Source: Candidatus Taylorbacteria bacterium RIFCSPLOWO2_01_FULL_45_34b (GTDB lineage: Bacteria; Patescibacteriota; Minisyncoccia; Phycocordibacterales; DSPV01). From it: a DNA stretch of 38,669 nucleotides. The stretch covers positions 2,024 through 40,692 of the forward strand of contig MHRY01000013.1 of NCBI GenBank assembly GCA_001822675.1, read 5' to 3'. The notes below the pieces were generated by a model, which did not search any database, was not told the DNA's origin, and saw only the letters and a program-made list of their open reading frames with translations. The translations under genes and the position numbers were made by a program. Within the stretch, counting starts at the first letter, position 1, and every line of letters starts with the position of its first letter. Shown one piece after another: positions 7,648 through 16,092 of this stretch.

Positions 7648-8283
7648 CTATTTGCGCACCGCGAGGAACCGGCAGTAGCCACCCCAGCCACAGTCAAACC
7701 AATGGAGGTAGAGCCGGCGCCCCGAGCCACACTCGTCGAGGTAGAGGACGTAGCGATCACCGTGGACCCGCGCGACGGAACCAAGTTCTACAATTGGAAA
7801 CTCTCTCTGCACTTGGGGATTGTGTTCCCCGAAAGCCAGAAGTTCTTCAGTCGCCGCCGGTCGGTAGCCTTCTTTATCCATTTCTTTGATGGCGTCTTCT
7901 GACGAAATGTACCGCCCGAAATGAAACAGGGCGGATTCCACCTGACGGCTTCCTATACCTTTTATCGGAAATCGCTCTTCAGTGATCTCGGAATTCGTCC
8001 AGTCGTACTTGCCCGCCCCAATCATCTCCGGAAGAGGGCGACAATTGACAGCGAACGTGTATGGAGTGATTGTAGGTTTCAGAATGGGCGGGGTAATTAG
8101 AGGAAGACCAAGAAGTGCACGAATGCCATCGCGTTTCGTTGTATCAAGACTTCCGGCCTTGGCGGCTTCGAAAACGTCGGTGATAATGCCGGAGCAAATC
8201 GCCGTCTGCAGTTCCTTGTCCGTAAGCTCTTTTTGTTGAGCAAGCTCGAGCAATTTGCCTGCCTGTTTGAGGGTTGCGTTCAT
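7648..8283 (-). CDS. DGR target (variable) protein with C-terminal VR, probably CLec-like fold
   Basis: Ends ...LYLHWFDCGWGGYCRFLAVRK. The ORF-track start TTG 8367 lies upstream of the predicted TSS, so ATG 8283 or 8349 is more likely. Confidence 0.9.
   Translation of the reverse strand: MNATLKQAGKLLELAQQKELTDKELQTAICSGIITDVFEAAKAGSLDTTKRDGIRALLGLPLITPPILKPTITPYTFAVNCRPLPEMIGAGKYDWTNSEITEERFPIKGIGSRQVESALFHFGRYISSEDAIKEMDKEGYRPAATEELLAFGEHNPQVQREFPIVELGSVARVHGDRYVLYLDECGSGRRLYLHWFDCGWGGYCRFLAVRK
7654..7779 (-). repeat. DGR variable repeat (VR)
   Basis: 21 differences from TR, all at TR adenines (13 A>G, 4 A>T, 4 A>C); invariant GC-rich 3' end CGGTTCCTCGCGGTGCGC. Confidence 0.96.
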
Positions 8284-8368
8284 CGCAAGCCTTTCTGTGT
8301 TTTGCAGTCCGTGTTTAGCGGGTGCGTTGATTATCAAAACCAGCGTCATGCCGATTTCTACTGACAAA

Positions 8369-8398
8369 ATACTAGCATAAGTAGGCTATATTTGTCAA
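8369..8398 (-). promoter_or_regulatory. Sigma70-like promoter for the DGR target gene
   Basis: TTGACA-N18-TAGTAT with extended TG on the minus strand. Confidence 0.6.
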
Positions 8399-8418
8399 TA
8401 GCCGTTGCAGAAACGTAT

Positions 8419-8452
8419 TAAAAAAGCGCTAGAATATGATGATTCTAGCACT
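8419..8452. repeat. Right copy of 34-bp direct repeat bounding the DGR cassette
   Basis: Identical to 5756-5789. Confidence 0.95.
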
Positions 8453-8470
8453 TTAGCGACAGAGTTTCAA
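8442..8470 (-). promoter_or_regulatory. Sigma70-like promoter whose -10 lies inside the direct repeat (possible ancestral ileS promoter)
   Basis: Minus strand TTGAAA-N17-TAGAAT with extended TG. Confidence 0.55.
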
Positions 8471-8474
8471 AAGC

Positions 8475-8864
8475 CTATGCCTCCGACGACTGTTTCAAAA
8501 AAACGAGTGTCTGCACAAAACCGGAAACTTCACCTTCAAGATATGCCATAGTACTTATAGCTGTTACTGGATTAAACGGACGCCCCTCATCAATCTCCTT
8601 GACACATTCCGCAAGAATTTTGAGTCGTGCCAGCCACAACTCATAACGCAAAGTAAACGGCCGCATACCACCATCTTCACTACCAAAAAGCAGTAATGCT
8701 TCCTTGTAACATCGACTTACCCGTTTAGAAATCTGCTCTTGAAACTCGCGGACAAAATCGGCTCCCTCGGTACTCGTTACCTTGTCCGAGAAAACGTTCA
8801 CGAAGGTAATGGCGCTAAGAGCAGTTGACTCCGGTGTGTCCAGTGGACTCCGTTCGTATTGCAT
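8475..8864 (-). CDS. Hypothetical helical protein
   Basis: 129-aa ATG ORF with upstream GAAAGG; no recognisable motif. Confidence 0.6.
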   Translation of the reverse strand: MQYERSPLDTPESTALSAITFVNVFSDKVTSTEGADFVREFQEQISKRVSRCYKEALLLFGSEDGGMRPFTLRYELWLARLKILAECVKEIDEGRPFNPVTAISTMAYLEGEVSGFVQTLVFLKQSSEA

Positions 8865-8935
8865 AATAAACCTTTCGTTCAGTTTTTGTTGTTCTGTTTT
8901 ACTTATCCCTACCGATACTACAACAAGGAAAAGAA

Positions 8936-8965
8936 AAAGGCCAGAGTATTCCGACTCTGGCCTTT
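8936..8965 (-). terminator. Intrinsic terminator
   Basis: AAAGGCCAGAGT-6nt-ACTCTGGCCTTT followed by T-rich tract on the minus strand. Confidence 0.75.
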
Positions 8966-8982
8966 GGTTTGAAGGAGTCGGA

Positions 8983-9252
8983 TCAGACTTTGATCAACTC
9001 ATGTGTACCTTTGAATTTGAAGGAACCGATAAGAAAGGAGGGAAAACCGCTCTGAATGATTCGAAATGCTCGCAAGGCCACACCATCTGCCCCATCCCAC
9101 TCAACAAAAACATGTGAGATGTTAGGGGCACCACCGTCTTTCTTGAAAAAGTCGTCCACTACACCGACGACGATTTTTCGGTCTTCGTCGCTAAGGGAAC
9201 ACCTTTGGAAACGGATAGGGATGCCGTCCAAATTAAATACCGGATTAGTCAT
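8983..9252 (-). CDS. Hypothetical protein
   Basis: 89-aa ORF with AGGAG RBS, followed by a terminator. Confidence 0.6.
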   Translation of the reverse strand: MTNPVFNLDGIPIRFQRCSLSDEDRKIVVGVVDDFFKKDGGAPNISHVFVEWDGADGVALRAFRIIQSGFPSFLIGSFKFKGTHELIKV

Positions 9253-9326
9253 ACTGACTCCTGGGGTTCGTTGGTTTCACCATCAAGCCACACCCTAATA
9301 CCACTTCGAGAGCTTGTCAACAACAA

Positions 9327-11042
9327 CTACATTTTTTCGGGCGTAGGAATACCAAGAAGCGCGAGACCATTTTTTAAGACGATGGCAAAAGCAGAGACAA
9401 GTGTCAGTTTGTATGAAGCCGATTCGTTTGCAGTATCAACAATTTTTCCTTCCGCGTAAAAAGCGTTGAAGGTAGCGACGAGTTCGGTCAAATAGGTAAC
9501 GAGATGGTGCGGAGAAAATTCTTCGGCCGAGCGGGAGACGATTTCGGGGAAACGAGTGAGGAGTTTTTCGAGCGGCGTGGTCGTCCAGTCGGCAGGCATT
9601 TTTGGCTCCGCGCCTTCGCCAAAAATGCCTGCCTCTTTACCTTTTTCCAAAAGAGACTTTGCCCTAGCCAATCCATACTGGAGATACGGCCCCGAATCAC
9701 CTTCAAAAGAAATGGATTTTTCAAAATCAAAAATAATGTCGCCACCGACAGCTTGGCGTAAAATCGAATACTTGATGGCCCCAATCGCCACCTTCTCTTT
9801 AATTTCTTCCGCAAGCGCCGCATCATACCCACGATCTTTTATCTTTTCCGCAACCAGCTTTTTAATATCGTTAATTAATGACTCCGCCGTTATCACATCA
9901 CCCTTACGAGAAGACATTTTCCCTGACGGTAATTTAAGCAGACCATGAGCAAGATGTTTCGTCTTCTTTCCTATGGCTGGATAAATGAGCGACAGCACTT
10001 TCAAAAGAACACTGAAATAGCCGCTCTGTTCATTAGCCGTGATGATAATTGATTCCGAAAGATCCGGCTCGACTTCAAACTTCTTTCTATTAAGCCCGAG
10101 TTCTTTTGCTTCGTAGGTGGGCAAACCCTTGGAGTTAATAAACACCCTCGTATGTAAACCGTATTTTTCACCCCTAAACACAATAGCCCCTTCACTCTCT
10201 TCAAAAACTGCCTTCTTTAAAAATTCCAGTATCACCGCTTCACCGTCTCTTCCCTCTTTGCTTTCAAAAAAATTATAATCAAAATGAGTATCGAGTCGTT
10301 TATAAATCTCTTCAAATGCTTCGAGAGAAATTTTTCGTCCGCTGTCATAGAGAGCGTTTATTTTTTCGTCGCTCCGCTCATAGACTTTTTTATTCAATTC
10401 CTCAATTTCTTTTTTGGCCAAAACATCATCTTCATACGCAGTTGAACCTGTGGCATAGGCCTTACCCCACTTTGCCGGATTTTTCGGCTCGCCATTTTTA
10501 AGCGCCCCCCAAATAGCTTTTGCCACATGCAACCCGACATCCCCTTGCCATGTGGCGCGTTTCACCTCCGCCCCTTCGAAAGCAATAAGCCGACAAAGAC
10601 TTTCACCAATGGTATTCGACATCAAGTGGCCGATGTGAAATTCCTTGAATGGATTCGGATCGGTGAATTCCACCATCACTTTTTGCCCCGCTCGTTTTTT
10701 GTTTTTGCCAAAACCATCCCCAACTTTTATAATCTCGCTTACCTCGTTAGCAAAGTAATTTTTTGAAAGATAAAAATTAATAAATCCTGCTCCGGCAATT
10801 TCAACTCTTTCAAGGCTCAACCTTTCGGCCGCCGAAAGGTTGAGCCTTTCTTTAATCCTCTCCGCCAATTCTCTCGGCTTCATGCCAAGCTCTTTCGCGA
10901 ACACAAGGGCCACATTTGTCGAAAAATCTCCGTGACCAATATCTGCCGGATGCTCCAAAAAAACTTTCGGATTTGAAACCGAAAGAGCTTCCAATGTTTC
11001 GGAAATAAGATTCTTCAAAACTTCCTTTATCATCTCTGTCAT
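9327..11042 (-). CDS. argS: Arginyl-tRNA synthetase
   Basis: HGDFSTN, GAGFINF, VEFTDPNPFKEFHIGH, KMSSRKG, FEGDSGPYLQY, LLGIPTPEKM. Confidence 0.97.
   Translation of the reverse strand: MTEMIKEVLKNLISETLEALSVSNPKVFLEHPADIGHGDFSTNVALVFAKELGMKPRELAERIKERLNLSAAERLSLERVEIAGAGFINFYLSKNYFANEVSEIIKVGDGFGKNKKRAGQKVMVEFTDPNPFKEFHIGHLMSNTIGESLCRLIAFEGAEVKRATWQGDVGLHVAKAIWGALKNGEPKNPAKWGKAYATGSTAYEDDVLAKKEIEELNKKVYERSDEKINALYDSGRKISLEAFEEIYKRLDTHFDYNFFESKEGRDGEAVILEFLKKAVFEESEGAIVFRGEKYGLHTRVFINSKGLPTYEAKELGLNRKKFEVEPDLSESIIITANEQSGYFSVLLKVLSLIYPAIGKKTKHLAHGLLKLPSGKMSSRKGDVITAESLINDIKKLVAEKIKDRGYDAALAEEIKEKVAIGAIKYSILRQAVGGDIIFDFEKSISFEGDSGPYLQYGLARAKSLLEKGKEAGIFGEGAEPKMPADWTTTPLEKLLTRFPEIVSRSAEEFSPHHLVTYLTELVATFNAFYAEGKIVDTANESASYKLTLVSAFAIVLKNGLALLGIPTPEKM
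10812..10848. repeat. 37-bp perfect palindrome within argS
   Basis: AAGGCTCAACCTTTCGGC-C-GCCGAAAGGTTGAGCCTT, read as RLNLSAAERLSL. Confidence 0.85.
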
Positions 11043-11063
11043 TTTATCACGAACTCCTTATCC

Positions 11064-11654
11064 CTACTTGCCCGCCTTTGGCATTTTGACCCATTTGTTG
11101 GCAGTCATATGCCAACTCGCCGGATCGCTTTTTTCGATAAGCTCCCAAAGTTTTTTGGCGGATTTTGTATACAATTTTTCATCCCGCACTTTTCTCCGAA
11201 ACGCTTTCCATTTTTTCGGCAAAAGCGAACCCTGTTCTTCGAATTCTTTCATCTCAATATCAACATCGAGATTGTCCGCGTCTTTCACAATCTTGGCCTC
11301 AATACTTTTCCGCTCCTCGTATTCAGAAAGAAATGTCTGACGAAGCGAATCGAGGACTGTGCCGGCGAACAAATCCTTGGCCGCGCGATGCTCGTCCGGA
11401 TCCACATAGACTTTTTGCACATAATTAAAATCACCTGTTCGAGTTTCCGCCAAATCATGCACCAAAACCATTTTAAGAATTTTGCCCTCGTCTTTCACTC
11501 CCTCGCTTCGAGCGATAATGAGCGCGAGAAACATGACCCGAACCATGTGTTCAAGGTCATTGGCAACATCCATGCCCAAAACCTGCTTCCAGCTTCGAGG
11601 TAGATTCCGAAGCGTTCCTATTTCATACAAAAATTCCACGTCTCGTTTGTTCAT
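11064..11654 (-). CDS. HD-domain phosphohydrolase (YfbR/HDDC2-like 5'-deoxynucleotidase)
   Basis: LRNLPRSW...EHMVRV...LVHDLAETRTGD...EAKIVKDADNLD. Confidence 0.88.
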   Translation of the reverse strand: MNKRDVEFLYEIGTLRNLPRSWKQVLGMDVANDLEHMVRVMFLALIIARSEGVKDEGKILKMVLVHDLAETRTGDFNYVQKVYVDPDEHRAAKDLFAGTVLDSLRQTFLSEYEERKSIEAKIVKDADNLDVDIEMKEFEEQGSLLPKKWKAFRRKVRDEKLYTKSAKKLWELIEKSDPASWHMTANKWVKMPKAGK

Positions 11655-11664
11655 TGTTGTGTAT

Positions 11665-12276
11665 TTACTTGATTAAATTTTCCACTATTTTCATACATTC
11701 TGTTTTCACTTCTTCAAACGGCCGTCCCGCGTCAACTATTTTACTCGGGACGTGCTTAGAAAATAGGCGGTAACCCTCTCGAACAGTCCGATGAAAAGAA
11801 AGTGATTGTCTTTCAAAAAGATTGAGCTTGTTGTTTTGCGAATACTTGCGCCGAAGCCCCACTTTAGGATCGAGATCAAGAAAAATATAGAGATCCGGCA
11901 TGGCTTCCCGAAACATTACTTCTCGCATTTTAAAAAACACCCCTTCAAGATTCGCGCCATTTTGAGCATGCACCTGATACGCGAAACCGGATGAATCGAA
12001 ACGATCAGAAAGAACAAGCTTGCCCACTTTAAGCGCGGGTACAATTGAATTCAAGATCCGTTCCCTAAAACTGGCAAAAGAAAGAGCGAGCAGAACGCCT
12101 GGGTCGGCAATCTTCTTTGCATTATGTAAAAACGTGGTAAGGGTTTTGCCGAGAAAAGTATCGGAAATTTGGTTCACCATGGCACGCTTACCAAACGTCC
12201 GAGCTATTTCAGAAATGATGCTGGATTTTCCTCCTCCATCGATCCCATCGAAGACAACAAACTTGCCCTTTTTCAT
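11665..12276 (-). CDS. tmk: Thymidylate kinase
   Basis: FVVFDGIDGGGKSS P-loop, LSDRFDSS, PDLYIFLD; start taken at MKKGKF. Confidence 0.92.
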   Translation of the reverse strand: MKKGKFVVFDGIDGGGKSSIISEIARTFGKRAMVNQISDTFLGKTLTTFLHNAKKIADPGVLLALSFASFRERILNSIVPALKVGKLVLSDRFDSSGFAYQVHAQNGANLEGVFFKMREVMFREAMPDLYIFLDLDPKVGLRRKYSQNNKLNLFERQSLSFHRTVREGYRLFSKHVPSKIVDAGRPFEEVKTECMKIVENLIK

Positions 12277-12342
12277 ACTCGTAAGCCTATCAGGCCGAAA
12301 CAAAAAACGAAAGCTGTGTCGGCAAAAACTTTGCAAGTCTCC

Positions 12343-13527
12343 TTACCCCCGCAACACCTTGTTTATTTTTTGCGCAATTTTTCGAAAATCTTTTTCTTTC
12401 TTGCCTCGCGTGGTTTCGGCCGGAGAACCTAAGCGGATACCAGAAGGGTCAAACGGCGACCGTTTTTCTCCCGGAATGGTATTTTTGTTCACAATGATGG
12501 CGGCTTTCTCAAGTTTTGCTTCTGCTTCCTTTCCAGAAATACCTTTCCCATTCATCCACGTGTCCACGAGGACAAGGTGAGAATCGGTGCCACCTGAAAT
12601 AACTTTCCAGCCAAGTTTTTTTAATTCATCCGCTAACCCCCGCGCATTCTTCACGACCTGTTCAGCGTATTTTCTAAATGCGGGCCTAGCTGCTTCTTTT
12701 AAAGCCACTGCCACAGCCGCAATCTGACTCATGTGCGGCCCGCCCTGTAGGCCGGGGAAAACCGCTTTGTCTATAAGAGTTGAAATATCTTTTTCTCCCA
12801 TTTTTTTGTCTCGGCGAGAAAAAATAATAGCGCTGCGAGGCCCGCGAAGTGTCTTATGGGTAGTAGTGGTAACAACGTCGGCATAATCAAACGGCGAATT
12901 ATAAACACCGCCCGCAACCAGTCCAGCAAAATGGGACATATCAACCATGAGAAACGCGCCGCACGCGTCTGCGATCTCTTGGAATTTTTTGAAATCAATC
13001 ATACGTGGATATGCCGTAAAACCAGCCACAATTAAATTTGGTTTTTCTTTGAGCGCCTGTTCCTTGATGGCGTTGTAATCGAGAACCTCTGTCTCTGGAT
13101 CAACTCCGTATGAAATCTGCTGCCAGGCTTTGCCCGTCATAGAAACTTTTTGGCCATGAGAAAGATGTCCTCCGGCAGTAAGCGTCATACCCATTATCTT
13201 TCCACCGATTGGAACAAGAGCTAAATACACAGCAAGATTGGCCGGTGAACCTGAATGAGGTTGGACATTTGCGTGCCACTTATCAGCTGAAAGTTTGAAC
13301 AACTTCAGAGCTCGGTCTTTTGCTAGATCTTCGAGCGTGTCTGTGTAGGTCTGACCGCCGTAATATCTTTTACGTGGATACCCTTCGGCATACTTATTAT
13401 CAAAGATAGAACCAAGAGCTTCTAAAACATCCGCCGAGCAATAATTTTCTGATGGAATGAGATTGATGACTTTTTTTTGTCGAGCTCCTTCAGCTTTAAT
13501 AAGTTTTTTAATTTGTTTATCTTTCAT
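12343..13527 (-). CDS. glyA: Serine hydroxymethyltransferase
   Basis: LIPSEN, NKYAEGYP, GGHLSHG, TTTTHKTLRGPR, FPGLQGGP. Confidence 0.98.
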   Translation of the reverse strand: MKDKQIKKLIKAEGARQKKVINLIPSENYCSADVLEALGSIFDNKYAEGYPRKRYYGGQTYTDTLEDLAKDRALKLFKLSADKWHANVQPHSGSPANLAVYLALVPIGGKIMGMTLTAGGHLSHGQKVSMTGKAWQQISYGVDPETEVLDYNAIKEQALKEKPNLIVAGFTAYPRMIDFKKFQEIADACGAFLMVDMSHFAGLVAGGVYNSPFDYADVVTTTTHKTLRGPRSAIIFSRRDKKMGEKDISTLIDKAVFPGLQGGPHMSQIAAVAVALKEAARPAFRKYAEQVVKNARGLADELKKLGWKVISGGTDSHLVLVDTWMNGKGISGKEAEAKLEKAAIIVNKNTIPGEKRSPFDPSGIRLGSPAETTRGKKEKDFRKIAQKINKVLRG

Positions 13528-13730
13528 AGGAAAAAATTAGATAAGTAAAACGGAAAACAAAATTGAGTGAAAAACTTATATCATAGTAGTGTCGTGATAT
13601 TGCTATTCTACCAGCCGTTACAAAAAAGAAAAGCTAGCAAAACAACTCGCCGGCTTGTGTGAATGAACAGGTGGCCAAAAAGATCAGACAATATGTTCTC
13701 CTTATAATTAACCACAAATAACGAAAAACG

Positions 13731-13776
13731 GCAATGGAATGATAACTATGCTATAGCATAGTTATCATTCCATTGC
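13731..13776. repeat. 46-bp perfect palindrome upstream of the PaaX/Cas2-like gene
   Basis: GCAATGGAATGATAACTATGCTA|TAGCATAGTTATCATTCCATTGC. Confidence 0.95.
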
Positions 13777-13796
13777 TAAAAGATAAATGTTAAGAT

Positions 13797-14378
13797 GTGA
13801 TCATGGGAAAAATGGAAATTGAGGTGCAGAAGATCACTCGTAAAACAAAGATTCAGAAAATTATTCTAGCCTCTGTTGCTACTGCCGGAATTTTAAGCAT
13901 GGCCATGCTCGCCCCAAACGCCATCCAGACGCTGAAGCTTTTTGATAAAAGAAAATCTCGTACTTTTAGACAAACGCTTAATAATTCACGTCGCCGGCTT
14001 ATCCGGACAGGACTCCTTGAAAATAAAGAAGGTTTTCTAAAATTGACGGAGAAAGGTCGGCAGAAACTAGAGGAATTCGAGCGGCGAGACTACAAACTCA
14101 CCCGCCCCAAGAAGTGGGACCAAAAATGGCGAGTGCTTATTTTTGATATTCCGGAAAAAAGAAAGGGTACGCGAGAAAAAGTCCGCTTAACATTACAATC
14201 CCTCGGATTCAAACACCTCCAAGACAGCGTTTGGGTGTTTCCTTATGACTGCGAAAATTTAATCACTCTGCTCAAAGCCGACTTCAAAATCGGCAAGGAC
14301 ATGCTCTATCTTATTGTCGAAAAAATCGAAAACGATAAAAATCTTATCGACTACTTTGGTTTAGAAAAAAAGAAATAG
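13797..14378 (+). CDS. PaaX-like protein (winged helix plus Cas2-like domain)
   Basis: LKLTEKG (wHTH wing), then WDQKWRVLIFDIPEKRK...LGFKHLQDSVWVFPY; likely start ATG 13803. Confidence 0.85.
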   Translation: MIMGKMEIEVQKITRKTKIQKIILASVATAGILSMAMLAPNAIQTLKLFDKRKSRTFRQTLNNSRRRLIRTGLLENKEGFLKLTEKGRQKLEEFERRDYKLTRPKKWDQKWRVLIFDIPEKRKGTREKVRLTLQSLGFKHLQDSVWVFPYDCENLITLLKADFKIGKDMLYLIVEKIENDKNLIDYFGLEKKK

Positions 14379-14397
14379 ACCCGACCACTTCCCAAGT

Positions 14398-14439
14398 CAT
14401 GGAATAATAAGCTTGCTATAGCAAGCTTATTATTCCATG
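14398..14439. repeat. 42-bp perfect palindrome downstream of the PaaX/Cas2-like gene
   Basis: CATGGAATAATAAGCTTGCTA|TAGCAAGCTTATTATTCCATG, homologous to 13731-13776. Confidence 0.95.
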
Positions 14440-14529
14440 GTGGAAAATACAATTGCGCAAATTACAATATAGAGAAAGTTATTATGATGTCAATAACTAG
14501 ACATAAAATTATGTAGTATACTTTTCTCT

Positions 14530-15441
14530 ATGAAACCACTAAGCGAACGGACAATTGATTCTCAATATCAGCAATTACTCAAAGACATTCTGGAAAAAGG
14601 AGTGCGGACACCGAGCCAGCAAGGCGAGGATGCGTTGACGCTTATCGGCCCCAACCCGCTTCATTTCAAACTCGACAACGGCTTTCCAATTATCAATGAG
14701 CGAAACATGGCACCGAAGGAATCGGAGAATTTGCCGGTAACTGTCTGGCGCCAGGCCATCGCCGAAATTTGCGCTTTTATTAACGGCGTTCGAACACAAA
14801 AAAGTTTGGAAGAATTTGGCGTCTCGTGGTGGAAATCCTGGCTCACCGAAGAGAAGTGTAAAAAGCGTGGTCTCGAAACCGGCGATCTCGGTCCCGGCTC
14901 ATACGGAGCGGCTTTTCACGATTTCCCTACCGCCGAAGGTGAGAAATTCAATCAATTTAAATTTTTGATTCAGCAGATAAAAGAACAACCTCAACTACGT
15001 ACTCATTTTGTCACACCATGGATTCCGCAATACACGTATCGCGTTAAAGACCGCCAGCAAAAGGTAGTGGTTTGTCCCTGCCACGGCTGGATTCATATTC
15101 GAATCATTGATAACAAATTGACCTTGCACATGTTTCAGAGATCAGCTGATGTGCCAGTCGGTGTTCCTTCAAACATGGTTCAGTACGCCGCCCTCACCAT
15201 GGCTATCGCGCAGGCGACAGGACTTGAACCGTACGAATACGTCCACAGCTTTTCCGATGCTCATATTTATGTGAACCAGGTGCCAGCAGTCGAAACCATG
15301 CTCTCGCGCGAACCGAAAAAATTGGCGACCATGACACTTGGCCCGAAAGTGAAGGATATTTTTGAATTACGGAAGGAACATTTTACTCTGTCGGATTATG
15401 AACCGCACCCGGGAATTAAAGCGATACCCGTAGCTATCTAA
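14530..15441 (+). CDS. thyA: Thymidylate synthase
   Basis: DLGPGSYG, catalytic PCH, MFQRSADVPVGVPSN, DAHIYVNQ, C-terminal PVAI. Confidence 0.95.
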   Translation: MKPLSERTIDSQYQQLLKDILEKGVRTPSQQGEDALTLIGPNPLHFKLDNGFPIINERNMAPKESENLPVTVWRQAIAEICAFINGVRTQKSLEEFGVSWWKSWLTEEKCKKRGLETGDLGPGSYGAAFHDFPTAEGEKFNQFKFLIQQIKEQPQLRTHFVTPWIPQYTYRVKDRQQKVVVCPCHGWIHIRIIDNKLTLHMFQRSADVPVGVPSNMVQYAALTMAIAQATGLEPYEYVHSFSDAHIYVNQVPAVETMLSREPKKLATMTLGPKVKDIFELRKEHFTLSDYEPHPGIKAIPVAI

Positions 15442-15486
15442 GTAGAAAGTGTAAAGTAAAAAGTATAAAGAAGGAGAGGAAAAAAA

Positions 15487-15981
15487 ATGATTTCTATAAT
15501 TGTCGCCGCGTCGGATAATAATGTTATCGGTCATTTGAATAAACTGCCATGGTACTTGCCAAGCGATTTAAAACGCTTTTCTAAATTAACTACAGGCCAT
15601 ACGGCTCTCATGGGACGTAAGACTTTTGAGTCAATCGTGGCGAGACTCGGTCATCCTCTTCCCAATAGAAAGAATGTGGTTATAACCCGAGATAAAGGCT
15701 ATAAAGCAGAGGGCGCCGTTGTGGTAATGTCTTGGGACGAGGCGACGAAAGCGACGGCGGGCGAGGAAGTGTTTGTCAGCGGTGGTGCTGATATCTATGC
15801 CATGGCCCTCCCCTATGCCGACAAGCTTTACCTCACTCGTGTTCACTTCCAAAGCGATGGTGATGTTTTTTTACCAAAAATAGATATGAGCGAGTGGAAA
15901 GAGGTCAGCAAAGAATCTCACCCGAAAGACGAAAAAAACCAATATGATTCAACTTTTTACATATATGAACGAAAAAAATAA
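15487..15981 (+). CDS. folA: Dihydrofolate reductase
   Basis: VIG...LPWYLPSDLKRF, MGRKTFESI, PLPNRKNVVITR, GGADIY, GDVFLP. Confidence 0.97.
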   Translation: MISIIVAASDNNVIGHLNKLPWYLPSDLKRFSKLTTGHTALMGRKTFESIVARLGHPLPNRKNVVITRDKGYKAEGAVVVMSWDEATKATAGEEVFVSGGADIYAMALPYADKLYLTRVHFQSDGDVFLPKIDMSEWKEVSKESHPKDEKNQYDSTFYIYERKK

Positions 15982-16092
15982 ATGCGACACAAATCCACGA
16001 ATTCATGCGAATAACACGAATGAAAATCCAGATTAAAGGAATCTTCATTCGCGTCATTCGTCTTATTCGTGTATTGGTGTCGTGTTAATTCT

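Larger units (their letters stand above)
5756..8452 (-). mobile_element. Diversity-generating retroelement cassette (target/VR, hairpin, TR, inverted avd, RT)
   Basis: RT, Avd-like ORF, TR/VR pair with adenine-only mismatches and a downstream hairpin, all between perfect direct repeats. Confidence 0.95.

Noticed and set aside
7186-7902. Plus-strand ORFs 7186-7404, 7638-7889 and 7702-7902, two of which share VEVEDVAITVD
   Set aside because: They are antisense shadows of TR and VR; their similarity simply reflects the TR/VR repeat.
13731-14439. CRISPR-Cas locus suggested by the Cas2-like domain and repeats
   Set aside because: Only two palindromes flank a gene; I see no repeat-spacer array or other cas genes in the window.
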